Shown piece by piece: positions 1 to 7,317 of a stretch of 34,890 nucleotides of DNA. Position numbers and translations under genes: made by a program. Source of the DNA: a virus. Taxonomy: Duplodnaviria > Caudoviricetes. The stretch's first letter is position 1. Every line of letters begins with the position of its first letter. The stretch is taken from the IMG/VR virus record IMGVR_UViG_3300048848_000063, positions 1 to 34,890 of that record; one strand, given 5' to 3'. The notes below the pieces were generated by a model. The model worked only from the letters and a program-made list of their open reading frames with translations. It did no database searches and was not told the origin of the DNA.

Positions 1-50
1 AAGCCGCGCACCGGACGGAAAACGGACTTGTTCCGAACGTCCCTTCGGGC

Positions 51-127
51 GGCGGAGTAGCTCAGTAGGTTAGAGCAGAGGAATCATAATCCTTGTGTCG
101 GGGGTTCGAATCCCTCCTCCGCTACCA
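51..127 (+). tRNA. tRNA-Met (CAT), elongator type; prophage integration target
   Basis: Cloverleaf: acceptor GGCGGAG/CTCCGCT, D-arm TAGCTCAGTAGGTTAGAGC, anticodon stem GAGGA/TCCTT with loop ATCATAA (CAT at 85-87), T-loop GGTTCGAATCC, encoded CCA at 125-127. It lacks the C1:A72 mismatch and the GGG/CCC anticodon stem of an initiator tRNA. Confidence 0.95.
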
Positions 128-1685
128 TTAGAACAGCCGACAACTCAGGTCCGGCAACCGCAGACAGCCAGCCATTGATCTCATAGCGATAATCCTCGCC
201 GGGCTTGCGAGGATAGACGATGATGCTGGAAACGACTTCCCTGAACCTCATGGCCATTTCGGGCGTGGGCTCCGAGCCGCGCTGCTGCAATGTCTGTGCT
301 AGCGCCTCAATGTCCTCGCGGAATTTGTCGACCGCTTTCGGCCTGATTTCGATCAAATTGGAAACCGGCTCGACTGCCGCGAGCTCTGCGCGCAGCTTTT
401 CCCGCTCTGCTTTGAGCGGTTTCAGGGCGAGCGGGATATCTTCGTCGTCGATCGTGCCACGCGATATCTGATCCAGCACCCGGGCAATGCGGTCCTGCAC
501 GTCGGCAAGCGCCGCCTCCTTTGACTGGCGGCTACCGCGGCGCTCAGCAGCGATGCGCTTCGTCTCTCTGCGATATTCCTCGACATAGGCGTCGATATAG
601 CTGGTGTCCCCGAATATCTCGCGCAGCCGGTCTATGACGTTGCGCTCGATCTTTTCGACGTAGTAGCGGCCATTGTTCGAGCAGCTTCGTGACTCCTTGT
701 GCGTGCTGCAAACAACACGCGGCCCGCTGCGGTCGGCGCCGACGATGGAAAGGCCACCGCCGCACTCAGCGCATTTGAGAAGACCGGACAGCAGACGCTT
801 GTTCTTCGGTGCCGTCCTGGCGTGTTTTCCTCCCACTGCTTCTTTGCGGCGCCGTGCGGCTTCGAACAGCTCGTCCGACACGATGCGAAGGTGAGGGGCG
901 TCTATGGTCTCGACGACGCTGTCGTCGTTCACGCGGGACACGCGCCGGCCTGTCATCGGGTCTTTGACCATCTGCACGCGGTTCCAGACCAATTTCCCGA
1001 CATAGACAGGATTGCGGAGGATGCCATATCCCCGCTTGTCGTTGCCGTTGATCGTGGACGCGTTCCAGCGATCACCGCGAGGCGGCGGCACGCCTTCCAT
1101 ATTCAGCGCGCCGGCAATCAGCCTCGGCCCGATGCCGGCCACGTACATTTCGAAGATCCGCCGCACGACTGCGGCCTCTTCCTTGACAATCTCGAGAACG
1201 CCCTTCTGCCCCGCCACGGGGCGATGACCGTAGGACTTGCCGCCGGCGTTCCTGCCAGAGCGGACCACGCCGACCATACCGCGGCGGACCTTCTTCGCGC
1301 CTTCTTCCCTCTGCATCTGCCCGATGACGCCATGCATGCCGATCGACACGGTATCCATCGCGCCACCGTTCACGCAATTCATCTCGATCCCGCGAAATCG
1401 CAGGTTCTTATGAATGTGCGCCAAATCGGCAATGTCACGCGAAATGCGGTCAGGTGCTTCCGATATCAGGACGTCGAAATTTCCGCGCTCTGCGGCCTCC
1501 ATCAGGCGCGACAAGCCCGGACGCCCGAACATGGACGCTCCGGACTTGGCGCGGTCTGAAAACTCCTCGACGACTTTTGCGCCGATCCGTTCGGCATAGG
1601 CTGTGCAGAGGCGGATTTGATCCTCGACCGACTTGTCGTTCTGAAGGTCGGTGGAATATCTGCTGTAGAGGGCGGCACGCTTCAT
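84..1685 (-). CDS. Large serine recombinase (phage integrase)
   Basis: N-terminal resolvase motif YSRYSTDLQ (catalytic Ser), DRISR motif, recombinase domain (ILRNPVYVG), zinc ribbon LLSGLLKCAECGG...C...C and a coiled coil. The ATG at 1685 overlaps an upstream TGA. Confidence 0.95.
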   Translation of the reverse strand: MKRAALYSRYSTDLQNDKSVEDQIRLCTAYAERIGAKVVEEFSDRAKSGASMFGRPGLSRLMEAAERGNFDVLISEAPDRISRDIADLAHIHKNLRFRGIEMNCVNGGAMDTVSIGMHGVIGQMQREEGAKKVRRGMVGVVRSGRNAGGKSYGHRPVAGQKGVLEIVKEEAAVVRRIFEMYVAGIGPRLIAGALNMEGVPPPRGDRWNASTINGNDKRGYGILRNPVYVGKLVWNRVQMVKDPMTGRRVSRVNDDSVVETIDAPHLRIVSDELFEAARRRKEAVGGKHARTAPKNKRLLSGLLKCAECGGGLSIVGADRSGPRVVCSTHKESRSCSNNGRYYVEKIERNVIDRLREIFGDTSYIDAYVEEYRRETKRIAAERRGSRQSKEAALADVQDRIARVLDQISRGTIDDEDIPLALKPLKAEREKLRAELAAVEPVSNLIEIRPKAVDKFREDIEALAQTLQQRGSEPTPEMAMRFREVVSSIIVYPRKPGEDYRYEINGWLSAVAGPELSAVLMVAEEGFEPPTQGL

Positions 1686-1816
1686 CACTTACTCGCGGAC
1701 TGGTCAGATGGCTTTGTGTCGTTCTGATTAGCCGGGCGGGGCGGGATGGCGTCAAGGCGAGCCCTGCGCCGGGCGAGCGCCTTCACCAGCTCGATCAACG
1801 GGTTCTTGTCGTTCAT
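1685..1816 (-). CDS. 43-aa basic protein translationally coupled to the integrase (candidate directionality factor)
   Basis: Manually translated as MNDKNPLIELVKALARRRARLDAIPPRPANQNDTKPSDQSASK. ATGA overlap with the upstream gene, TGATG overlap with the integrase start, GGGAGA upstream. Confidence 0.7.
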   Translation of the reverse strand: MNDKNPLIELVKALARRRARLDAIPPRPANQNDTKPSDQSASK

Positions 1817-2052
1817 AGCGACTTCTCCCCGTTGTTCGACTTATCCACAGGCCTGCTGTCAAGCAGCGTATCGGCGACGGCCTGCGCCTGGTTCAGCTCT
1901 TTCTCAGCTTGCTCGACCAGAAGATCGAGGACGCACATGTCGCGCTGGTTCTGCATTCCCGCCGCGGCGAGGCGGATCGCGTGCAGGTAGCTCCGGGCAG
2001 CGCCGAAGGCGTCCTCGAGCTTAGTTGAGGCTGTTCGGGATGCCGGCATCAC
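1813..2052 (-). CDS. Hypothetical phage protein
   Basis: Overlaps neighbouring genes at both ends within the leftward operon; helical-looking sequence. Confidence 0.65.
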   Translation of the reverse strand: MMPASRTASTKLEDAFGAARSYLHAIRLAAAGMQNQRDMCVLDLLVEQAEKELNQAQAVADTLLDSRPVDKSNNGEKSL

Positions 2053-2777
2053 ACGCTCTCACCCATTTCGGACAAGCCAGCGAGTTCGACCATAAAGGCG
2101 TGCTGCTTCTCCCCGGCATAGTCATTGCCGTATTCGGTGACGATGTACCGGGCCTTGGCCGCCACTTCTTCGAGCGTCCTGCAGGGGAACCGGATGATAC
2201 GGTCCTCGAGATCCCAGACTACCTTCCATCGGGCCTCCGTGACCTCCTGAGCAGCGAGATGACCAGAGACCAGTTCCCATGTTTTATAGGCAGCGTCGCG
2301 CTCCGCGTAGAGGCGCTGGGTACGCCGACGCTGCTCCTCGCCCTCCTCAAGTTGCCGAGCCAGCGAGGTCTCATGCTCCGGGGTGAGCGTCCCGCCTTCG
2401 CATGCCTCCGCCAGCCACCCAAAATGGCGTCGTCGGCTGGCAGCATACTCCTCAAAAACCTCATCAATCTGATCCGGGGTGTTCAGTTGCGCTGTATTGG
2501 TCGCCCAGAAGGCGAACGGCACCTCGCGGATCGCTACGACGGGGTAACGAGGCCGGTCTCCGCGGACAAAAATTGCATACTCAGTCTCGTCGGCCGCGTC
2601 AGCGAGTTCGCGAGCCTCCGCAATCTCGCGGATAAGTCCGAAAATCACGGACTGATCGTTCGCGACCTCAATTGCCGCAGCCGGAGTTGCGACGGCGACT
2701 GCAGCACCAGCGAGGAACACGCGGCGGTTCATTTTTGCGGGCGTAGCTTCGCCCCCGGCCTGGACAGGTCCGTACAT
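2049..2777 (-). CDS. Hypothetical phage protein with twin-arginine-like N-terminus
   Basis: GGAGA RBS; NRRVFLAGAAVAVATPAAA near the N-terminus; C-terminal PCRTLEEVAAKARY. Confidence 0.75.
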   Translation of the reverse strand: MYGPVQAGGEATPAKMNRRVFLAGAAVAVATPAAAIEVANDQSVIFGLIREIAEARELADAADETEYAIFVRGDRPRYPVVAIREVPFAFWATNTAQLNTPDQIDEVFEEYAASRRRHFGWLAEACEGGTLTPEHETSLARQLEEGEEQRRRTQRLYAERDAAYKTWELVSGHLAAQEVTEARWKVVWDLEDRIIRFPCRTLEEVAAKARYIVTEYGNDYAGEKQHAFMVELAGLSEMGESV

Positions 2778-2858
2778 TGGTCTTTCTCCATTTTTCTGAT
2801 TGGTCGTGCCGGCTAGGGCCGGACTGTCATCTCGCAGTTTTCGCCACTGGGGCTCGCG

Positions 2859-3635
2859 TCATTCCCGCTGGAGCAGCTTAAACCGGCCGTTGATTTCGGG
2901 ATGGATCGCCGTCGTCGGCGTTGCCGGGCGGCACTCGCTCACGAAACGCTTAAACAGCTTCGTGATATCAACGATCTGGTAGACTGCGTAACTGCTGCCC
3001 TGCGCGCTCTCGTGGCTGTTCTTCACCATCGCGAAGACGGGCGGCCGGTAGGACATCTGCGTGAGAATGGTATCAACCAGCCACGCCGGTAATCCGTACT
3101 TCTTGTTGATACGAGCTTTGATCTCGGTTTTGGTTTCGGTGTGCTGAGGCTTGGACTTCAGCGGTGCTGTGTCCTCGATCACGGCCACACGGGCGCCCAT
3201 CGCCTCAAGGGCTTGCTGCTGCTCCGCCTGCCTACGCTCGAATGTGACGAGGGCCTGCGCGTTCTGCAGCACGATTTCCGCGGCGCTCATAGGCTGGCGC
3301 CGCAACGTCACCGTTTCCTCGATCGACAGGAAATATCTGCGAATGGCGCGACCCTTGGCGGTCCTATCGACCATACCAAGTTCCTTGCCCATGCCGATCG
3401 TCAGGTAGTATTCGGTCCGGTACTTCGTGCCACTTGGAAGCTGCTCCCCAATTTCGGTGAGCAGGTAATCCACCCCCTCAATGAAGCCGAACTTCTTGAT
3501 GCGATCCTTGATCCAGGTCGTGTAGTCCTTTTTCGCGTTGAGGAAGGCGTGGACTTCGCGACCGTCAACGCTCTTGACGAGACTGTCGCCGATGGCGCGG
3601 TCGGTGATGGCGGGGAATTGCGAATGCGCGTTCAT
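2859..3635 (-). CDS. AntA/AntB-family phage antirepressor
   Basis: SVDGREVHAFL...DYTTWIKDRIKKFGFIEGVDY...EYYLTIGMGKELGMV...GRAIRRYF matches the AntA N-terminal signature. Confidence 0.88.
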   Translation of the reverse strand: MNAHSQFPAITDRAIGDSLVKSVDGREVHAFLNAKKDYTTWIKDRIKKFGFIEGVDYLLTEIGEQLPSGTKYRTEYYLTIGMGKELGMVDRTAKGRAIRRYFLSIEETVTLRRQPMSAAEIVLQNAQALVTFERRQAEQQQALEAMGARVAVIEDTAPLKSKPQHTETKTEIKARINKKYGLPAWLVDTILTQMSYRPPVFAMVKNSHESAQGSSYAVYQIVDITKLFKRFVSECRPATPTTAIHPEINGRFKLLQRE

Positions 3636-3661
3636 GTTCGCTCCATCGGTTGATGAAGCGT

Positions 3662-3690
3662 TAATAACTCAGATGTGGGTTATCCGTCAA
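3662..3690 (-). promoter_or_regulatory. Leftward sigma70-like promoter of the antirepressor operon, with a palindromic operator in its spacer
   Basis: On the minus strand TTGACG (3690-3685) lies 17-18 nt from TTATTA/TATTAA. The near-perfect palindrome ATAACTCA-GATG-TGGGTTAT is at 3664-3683. Confidence 0.65.
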
Positions 3691-3703
3691 CACGAAAAAT
3701 GAG

Positions 3704-4375
3704 TTATCGTTTCATGATTCGGGTTACGCCCACGTCGAGCTTGGCGAGCGTGGTCTTTTTGATTTCTCGTGTCGTCGGCGGATTAAGGCTTTCGACGACC
3801 CAATCGACTTCGGTCTCGTGACTAAGCAGGCGCACGTAAATTACTTCGTCTCGCGCGAAGCAGACCAGGTCGCCCACTGTCGCTGGAAGATGAGGATGCA
3901 GAACTACAATGTCTCCTGGTCGGAGGATGGGTTCCATTGTGGCGTCAGATATGAGAACGGCGTTTACGTCCTGTACATGCTCGTATGGATACCCGCGTGG
4001 TATGGCGTCAACGAGCCGAACCTGCCCGCCGCTATTGGTGATGACCGGGACCATGCCTCGATCAACACGCTCAATCGCACGTATTTCCGCCTCAACCCGG
4101 CGTGGCGGAACTGCTAGGTTTCCGTGTTCGTCTTCATCAAGCGGCCAGTTGTCATAGCCCAGCTTATCTAGTCCTAATGCGTCCCTTAGCTTGGGATAAG
4201 CGCGGGAGTGTCCGACCGCGCCTCGTTCGATCCTATCGACCGTTTGTTGCGAGGTTCCCGCAGCTTTCGCCAGGTCGGCTTGGCTCATCTCCCTTGCCTC
4301 GCGAGCTCGGCGTATTTCCTGCCCCCGCTTCCTAGCAAGTCGGTCCATAACACTATGTTTGTCGTCGTCGGCCAT
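3704..4375 (-). CDS. CI-like repressor (XRE HTH plus S24-like C-terminal domain)
   Basis: HTH IRRAREAREMSQADLAKAAGTSQQTVDRIERG; S24-like TMEPILRPGDIVV and SLNP; divergent from a cro-like gene. The ATG at 4375 has an AAGGGGA RBS. Confidence 0.9.
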   Translation of the reverse strand: MADDDKHSVMDRLARKRGQEIRRAREAREMSQADLAKAAGTSQQTVDRIERGAVGHSRAYPKLRDALGLDKLGYDNWPLDEDEHGNLAVPPRRVEAEIRAIERVDRGMVPVITNSGGQVRLVDAIPRGYPYEHVQDVNAVLISDATMEPILRPGDIVVLHPHLPATVGDLVCFARDEVIYVRLLSHETEVDWVVESLNPPTTREIKKTTLAKLDVGVTRIMKR

Positions 4376-4435
4376 GTCAGTCCCCTTTCCGCGATGAATG
4401 CCCGCTTTGATTAACTCATTCAAGTTAAATATGTG

Positions 4436-4464
4436 TTGCCAACCAACTCAGAAATGGGTAATTT
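4436..4464 (+). promoter_or_regulatory. Rightward early promoter (PR-like) with operator
   Basis: TTGCCA-N17-TAATTT. The spacer contains AACTCA-GAAA-TGGGTA (4445-4460), matching the operator at 3666-3681. Confidence 0.65.
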
Positions 4465-4472
4465 GGGTGGTC

Positions 4473-4709
4473 ATGAAACGCAAAACCAACTCACAACAGA
4501 TCACGCGGCTCCTTGAAGCCGCCATCACAATTGCTGGCTCCGAGGCAAAGCTCGGCGCGCTGGCTGGGTATTCTCAGAATGCCATCTGGTACGCGAAGCG
4601 AAATGGTCGCGTATCTGCTGAACTAGCAGCGGCGATCGACCAAGCCACGAACGGGGCAATTCCTAAGACACAGCTTCGTCCAGATATTTTCCGTCTGGTG
4701 TCCCCATGA
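4473..4709 (+). CDS. Cro/YdaS-like transcriptional regulator
   Basis: Short HTH (GSEAKLGALAGYSQNAIW) and a C-terminal LRPDIF motif typical of YdaS/Cro proteins; divergent from cI. Confidence 0.85.
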   Translation: MKRKTNSQQITRLLEAAITIAGSEAKLGALAGYSQNAIWYAKRNGRVSAELAAAIDQATNGAIPKTQLRPDIFRLVSP

Positions 4710-4900
4710 GGTCGCCCATCAACATCTCCGTGGACGAGATAACCCGCGCCGCGCAATGGCTCGCCGACGTCCCCGCCGCCCGCTGGCCCGAAGGTCCGGC
4801 TGATATCCTCGTCCACCGCTTCGACCTGAAGGTCTGGGAGGCTCGCAAGGCCGTCGAGAGGGCCAGGAAGATGCAGTTGCTGCGGAGGGTGAACGCATGA
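4706..4900 (+). CDS. Hypothetical phage protein
   Basis: ATGA overlaps at both ends in the early operon. Confidence 0.7.
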   Translation: MRSPINISVDEITRAAQWLADVPAARWPEGPADILVHRFDLKVWEARKAVERARKMQLLRRVNA

Positions 4901-5583
4901 GCCACCTTCCCTGGATGCAAATCTATGTCGGCGACGAGCTGGCAGAGACGTCCCACCTGAGCGCTGAGGAGTATGGTTCGCATATGCGGCTCAGGCTTCA
5001 TCAATGGCTTCACGGGGAGCTTCCCCAAGATGACGAACGCCTGCGGCGGATCTGCCTCGTTGATCGCGAACACTGGCCGAACATTCGGGACGCTCTCGCC
5101 CCTCTTTTCGATCTGCAATGGCACCACGCTCGGACGGCCGAACTCCGGCGAAAGTCCGAAGAAAAGCGCGAGAAAATGGCTGAAAACGGCAGGAAGGGTG
5201 GCCGCCCGGCAAAACCCGAAGCAAAGCCGATCGAAAGCAAATCAAAAGCAAATGGGGAAGCAAAAGGCAAAGCCGATCGAAAGCCGAATGAAACACCATC
5301 ACCATCACCATCACCATCACCATCAGAATCACCTTCATCCTCACGATCATCGTCATCGTCATCGCCAGAAAGTTCGGCTCTGGATGGAAGGGGTGAGGAG
5401 GATAGGCGAAACATGTTCAAAGCGTTCCCAGCACCAGCTTCGGCGTCAGAGGGAAAGGCATTTCTCCTTAGCAAGGGCGTGCCTCACGATCAGATTGACG
5501 CGTGCTTGCGCCTGCTAATGGGCGAGAACTTCTCACCATTCGATCTCGAAGGCATCCTCAGCGATGCGAGGAGCGCAGCATGA
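4897..5583 (+). CDS. DUF1376/YdaU-like phage replication initiation protein
   Basis: LPWMQIYVGDELAETSHLSAEEYGSHMRL...W..GELP N-terminus, NGRKGGRP motif, low-complexity linker, and position after cro. Confidence 0.82.
   Translation: MSHLPWMQIYVGDELAETSHLSAEEYGSHMRLRLHQWLHGELPQDDERLRRICLVDREHWPNIRDALAPLFDLQWHHARTAELRRKSEEKREKMAENGRKGGRPAKPEAKPIESKSKANGEAKGKADRKPNETPSPSPSPSPSESPSSSRSSSSSSPESSALDGRGEEDRRNMFKAFPAPASASEGKAFLLSKGVPHDQIDACLRLLMGENFSPFDLEGILSDARSAA
5208..5365 (+). repeat. Iteron-like repeats and a hexamer tandem repeat inside the replication gene (putative origin)
   Basis: GCAAAGCCGATCGAAAGC at 5221-5238 and 5267-5284; several AAGCAAA copies; (CACCAT)x5 at 5294-5323 followed by degenerate hexamers to about 5365. 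Confidence 0.65.
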
Positions 5584-5738
5584 AAGCGTTGCCCCCATTT
5601 ATCCGCGATCCGTCGATGCTTCCCCCGAATGTCATCGACATCATGCCGGCGATAATCGGCAAGATTGCTGCTGAAATGCCTTGGCCGCCGTCGCCGAAGG
5701 CTGGGGAGATTGTGCAGCTCAAAAGGAGGGTCGCGTGA
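5580..5738 (+). CDS. Hypothetical 52-aa protein
   Basis: ATGA overlap with the replication gene, GAGGAG RBS, GTGA overlap downstream. Confidence 0.65.
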   Translation: MKALPPFIRDPSMLPPNVIDIMPAIIGKIAAEMPWPPSPKAGEIVQLKRRVA

Positions 5739-5965
5739 GCACCAGTGATTTTCCCCTCACGGTAAGCGGTACGGGAGAAAGCGGCCTCCTCGTCGTGAAG
5801 ATCTATCCCCGCACGCCGGGAACAGTTGGCTATGTTGCCGGCCCTTTTAACACGAATGCCGAAGCATGGCGCTGGGTCGAACGCCACGAAGGCGGCCCCA
5901 TCAATCCGTCCCAGAAGCGCGCCGAGTTTGGTTTCTCTCAATTCGGGAAAGGTGGTGGCCTATGA
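5735..5965 (+). CDS. Hypothetical protein with GPFxTNAxAW motif
   Basis: GTG start with AGGAGG RBS; coupled to both neighbours. Confidence 0.7.
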   Translation: MSTSDFPLTVSGTGESGLLVVKIYPRTPGTVGYVAGPFNTNAEAWRWVERHEGGPINPSQKRAEFGFSQFGKGGGL

Positions 5966-6408
5966 CAGCCTTTGTCGCCCTCGAGCCCGCTCAATGGGTC
6001 TTGGCATTCGCCCAGCCATACTTCTATCCCGGCTCCGAGATGACCGAATGGCTCGAGCGCTTCACGACATGGGGCGGCGGCTGGGACGGACACAGCGCCA
6101 GCGAGATCTTCGTCGTCCATCAAGCCATGAAGGTCATGCCGAAAACGTATATCGCACAAGACTGGCGGCGAGGCGCGTCTGCGACCGACGTTATCCGGTA
6201 TCCGAGGGAGAACGTTGTTCAGGCATTCTCATCGCAGGCGCAGGCGATCGCACTCCGTGACCGGTTCCATGCCATCGGCGTCAAGGCGACTGAAGACATC
6301 GAGAAGGAGGCAACACGTCTCATCCGCTCCTATGCGGCCAAGCGAGCGGCGAAGGCGCTGAAGGAAATCCACGCCTGCCTGCCTCACATCTTCAGGAGGG
6401 ATGCATGA
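5962..6408 (+). CDS. Hypothetical phage protein
   Basis: The ATG at 5962 overlaps the upstream TGA; phage-like codon usage. Confidence 0.7.
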   Translation: MTAFVALEPAQWVLAFAQPYFYPGSEMTEWLERFTTWGGGWDGHSASEIFVVHQAMKVMPKTYIAQDWRRGASATDVIRYPRENVVQAFSSQAQAIALRDRFHAIGVKATEDIEKEATRLIRSYAAKRAAKALKEIHACLPHIFRRDA

Positions 6409-6467
6409 TCCTCCTCGACCTCATCAAGCTTAAATGCCGCCTCTGGTGGCGGAGGGTGACGCTGTGA
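6405..6467 (+). CDS. 20-aa coupled micro-ORF (MILLDLIKLKCRLWWRRVTL)
   Basis: AGGAGG RBS, ATGA overlap upstream, GTGA overlap downstream. Confidence 0.5.
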   Translation: MILLDLIKLKCRLWWRRVTL

Positions 6468-6898
6468 GCACGATCCTGAACGTCACCCGCAACGATAAGG
6501 GGCAGTACCAGATCACCGACCAGCGCGGAAAGGTAGTTGAGGGTCCATTCGAGACGAACGCCGCTGCCTGGAAGGCGCTCGACCGCCTAGACAACGATGC
6601 TGCGGTGCCGAAGCATCGCAGCAACAAGCCGGTGCTGTGGGGCAAACCTGACCAGAAGCCGAAGTCAAAGAAAGCGCGCCGCAAAGAGAAGCTCCGACAG
6701 GAGCGCGCCGATCACCGGATGAAGGTCAATGCCTCAAAGGCAGTCGGGTGGATCCGCGGTGTGGCTGCGGCCAAATTCGACCCCGCCGGCGAGCGGGCGT
6801 ACCGGGACAGTAAGCTCGGCACGTTCGGTGCCGCCTCGGAGGTCAAACGGATCGATCCGGCCGAGTACCTTGCGGCCAAGGCGCGGGGTGAGCCTTGA
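6464..6898 (+). CDS. Hypothetical basic protein with N-terminal GPFxTNAxAW motif
   Basis: GTG start with GGAGG RBS; TTGA overlap with the next gene. Confidence 0.72.
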   Translation: MSTILNVTRNDKGQYQITDQRGKVVEGPFETNAAAWKALDRLDNDAAVPKHRSNKPVLWGKPDQKPKSKKARRKEKLRQERADHRMKVNASKAVGWIRGVAAAKFDPAGERAYRDSKLGTFGAASEVKRIDPAEYLAAKARGEP

Positions 6899-7317
6899 TC
6901 AGCACCAGAGGCGTCAACTTCCATCGCTTTCTTGAAGGCTATGGCGTTCGGGTTAAGCCCTACCACGAGAGCCGGACACCCCGCCCGGCGAACGTCGTTT
7001 ATGGCGGCCGCGTGGTCCGGCGGCTCCTTCACAAGGACGCCGACCGGTGCGGCCTCACCATTCGCTGCATTCAAGCGAGCAATCCAACCTGCTTTGACGA
7101 CGTGATCGTCTACTCGGTCTGGAATGTGATCGGCGTCCATTTCGCCACCAGCAGGGCTGGCGCTGCGATTTCGGCCTTCGCCCGCGTCGATCTGCACACG
7201 ATCAAGAAACGCGCCCAGCGGCTCTGCTTGGGCGACAGCGGCAGGCTGGCGAAAACTGCCACGACAATCAGCATCCTCCTCGCGCAGGAGATCATCGACA
7301 GGGACGAAGCTGCATGA
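6895..7317 (+). CDS. Hypothetical phage protein
   Basis: Coupled to both neighbours by 4-nt overlaps. Confidence 0.7.
   Translation: MISTRGVNFHRFLEGYGVRVKPYHESRTPRPANVVYGGRVVRRLLHKDADRCGLTIRCIQASNPTCFDDVIVYSVWNVIGVHFATSRAGAAISAFARVDLHTIKKRAQRLCLGDSGRLAKTATTISILLAQEIIDRDEAA

Noticed and set aside
51-127. Initiator tRNA-fMet or tRNA-Ile2 assignment
   Set aside because: Position 1:72 is G:T rather than a C:A mismatch, and the anticodon stem lacks three consecutive G:C pairs. The sequence resembles elongator Met. Ile2 is not formally excluded without a covariance-model search.
3630-3639. GTTC...GTTC near the antirepressor start as an alphaproteobacterial LexA box
   Set aside because: The spacing is 2 nt rather than the required 7.
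4411-4428. TTAA...TTAA in the cI-cro intergenic region as a CtrA box
   Set aside because: The spacing is 10 nt, not 7.
4973-5518. ORF with a striking poly-histidine tract
   Set aside because: It is an alternate-frame reading of the (CACCAT)n repeat inside the DUF1376 gene. The Ser/Pro frame has the family motifs and the coupled start and stop.
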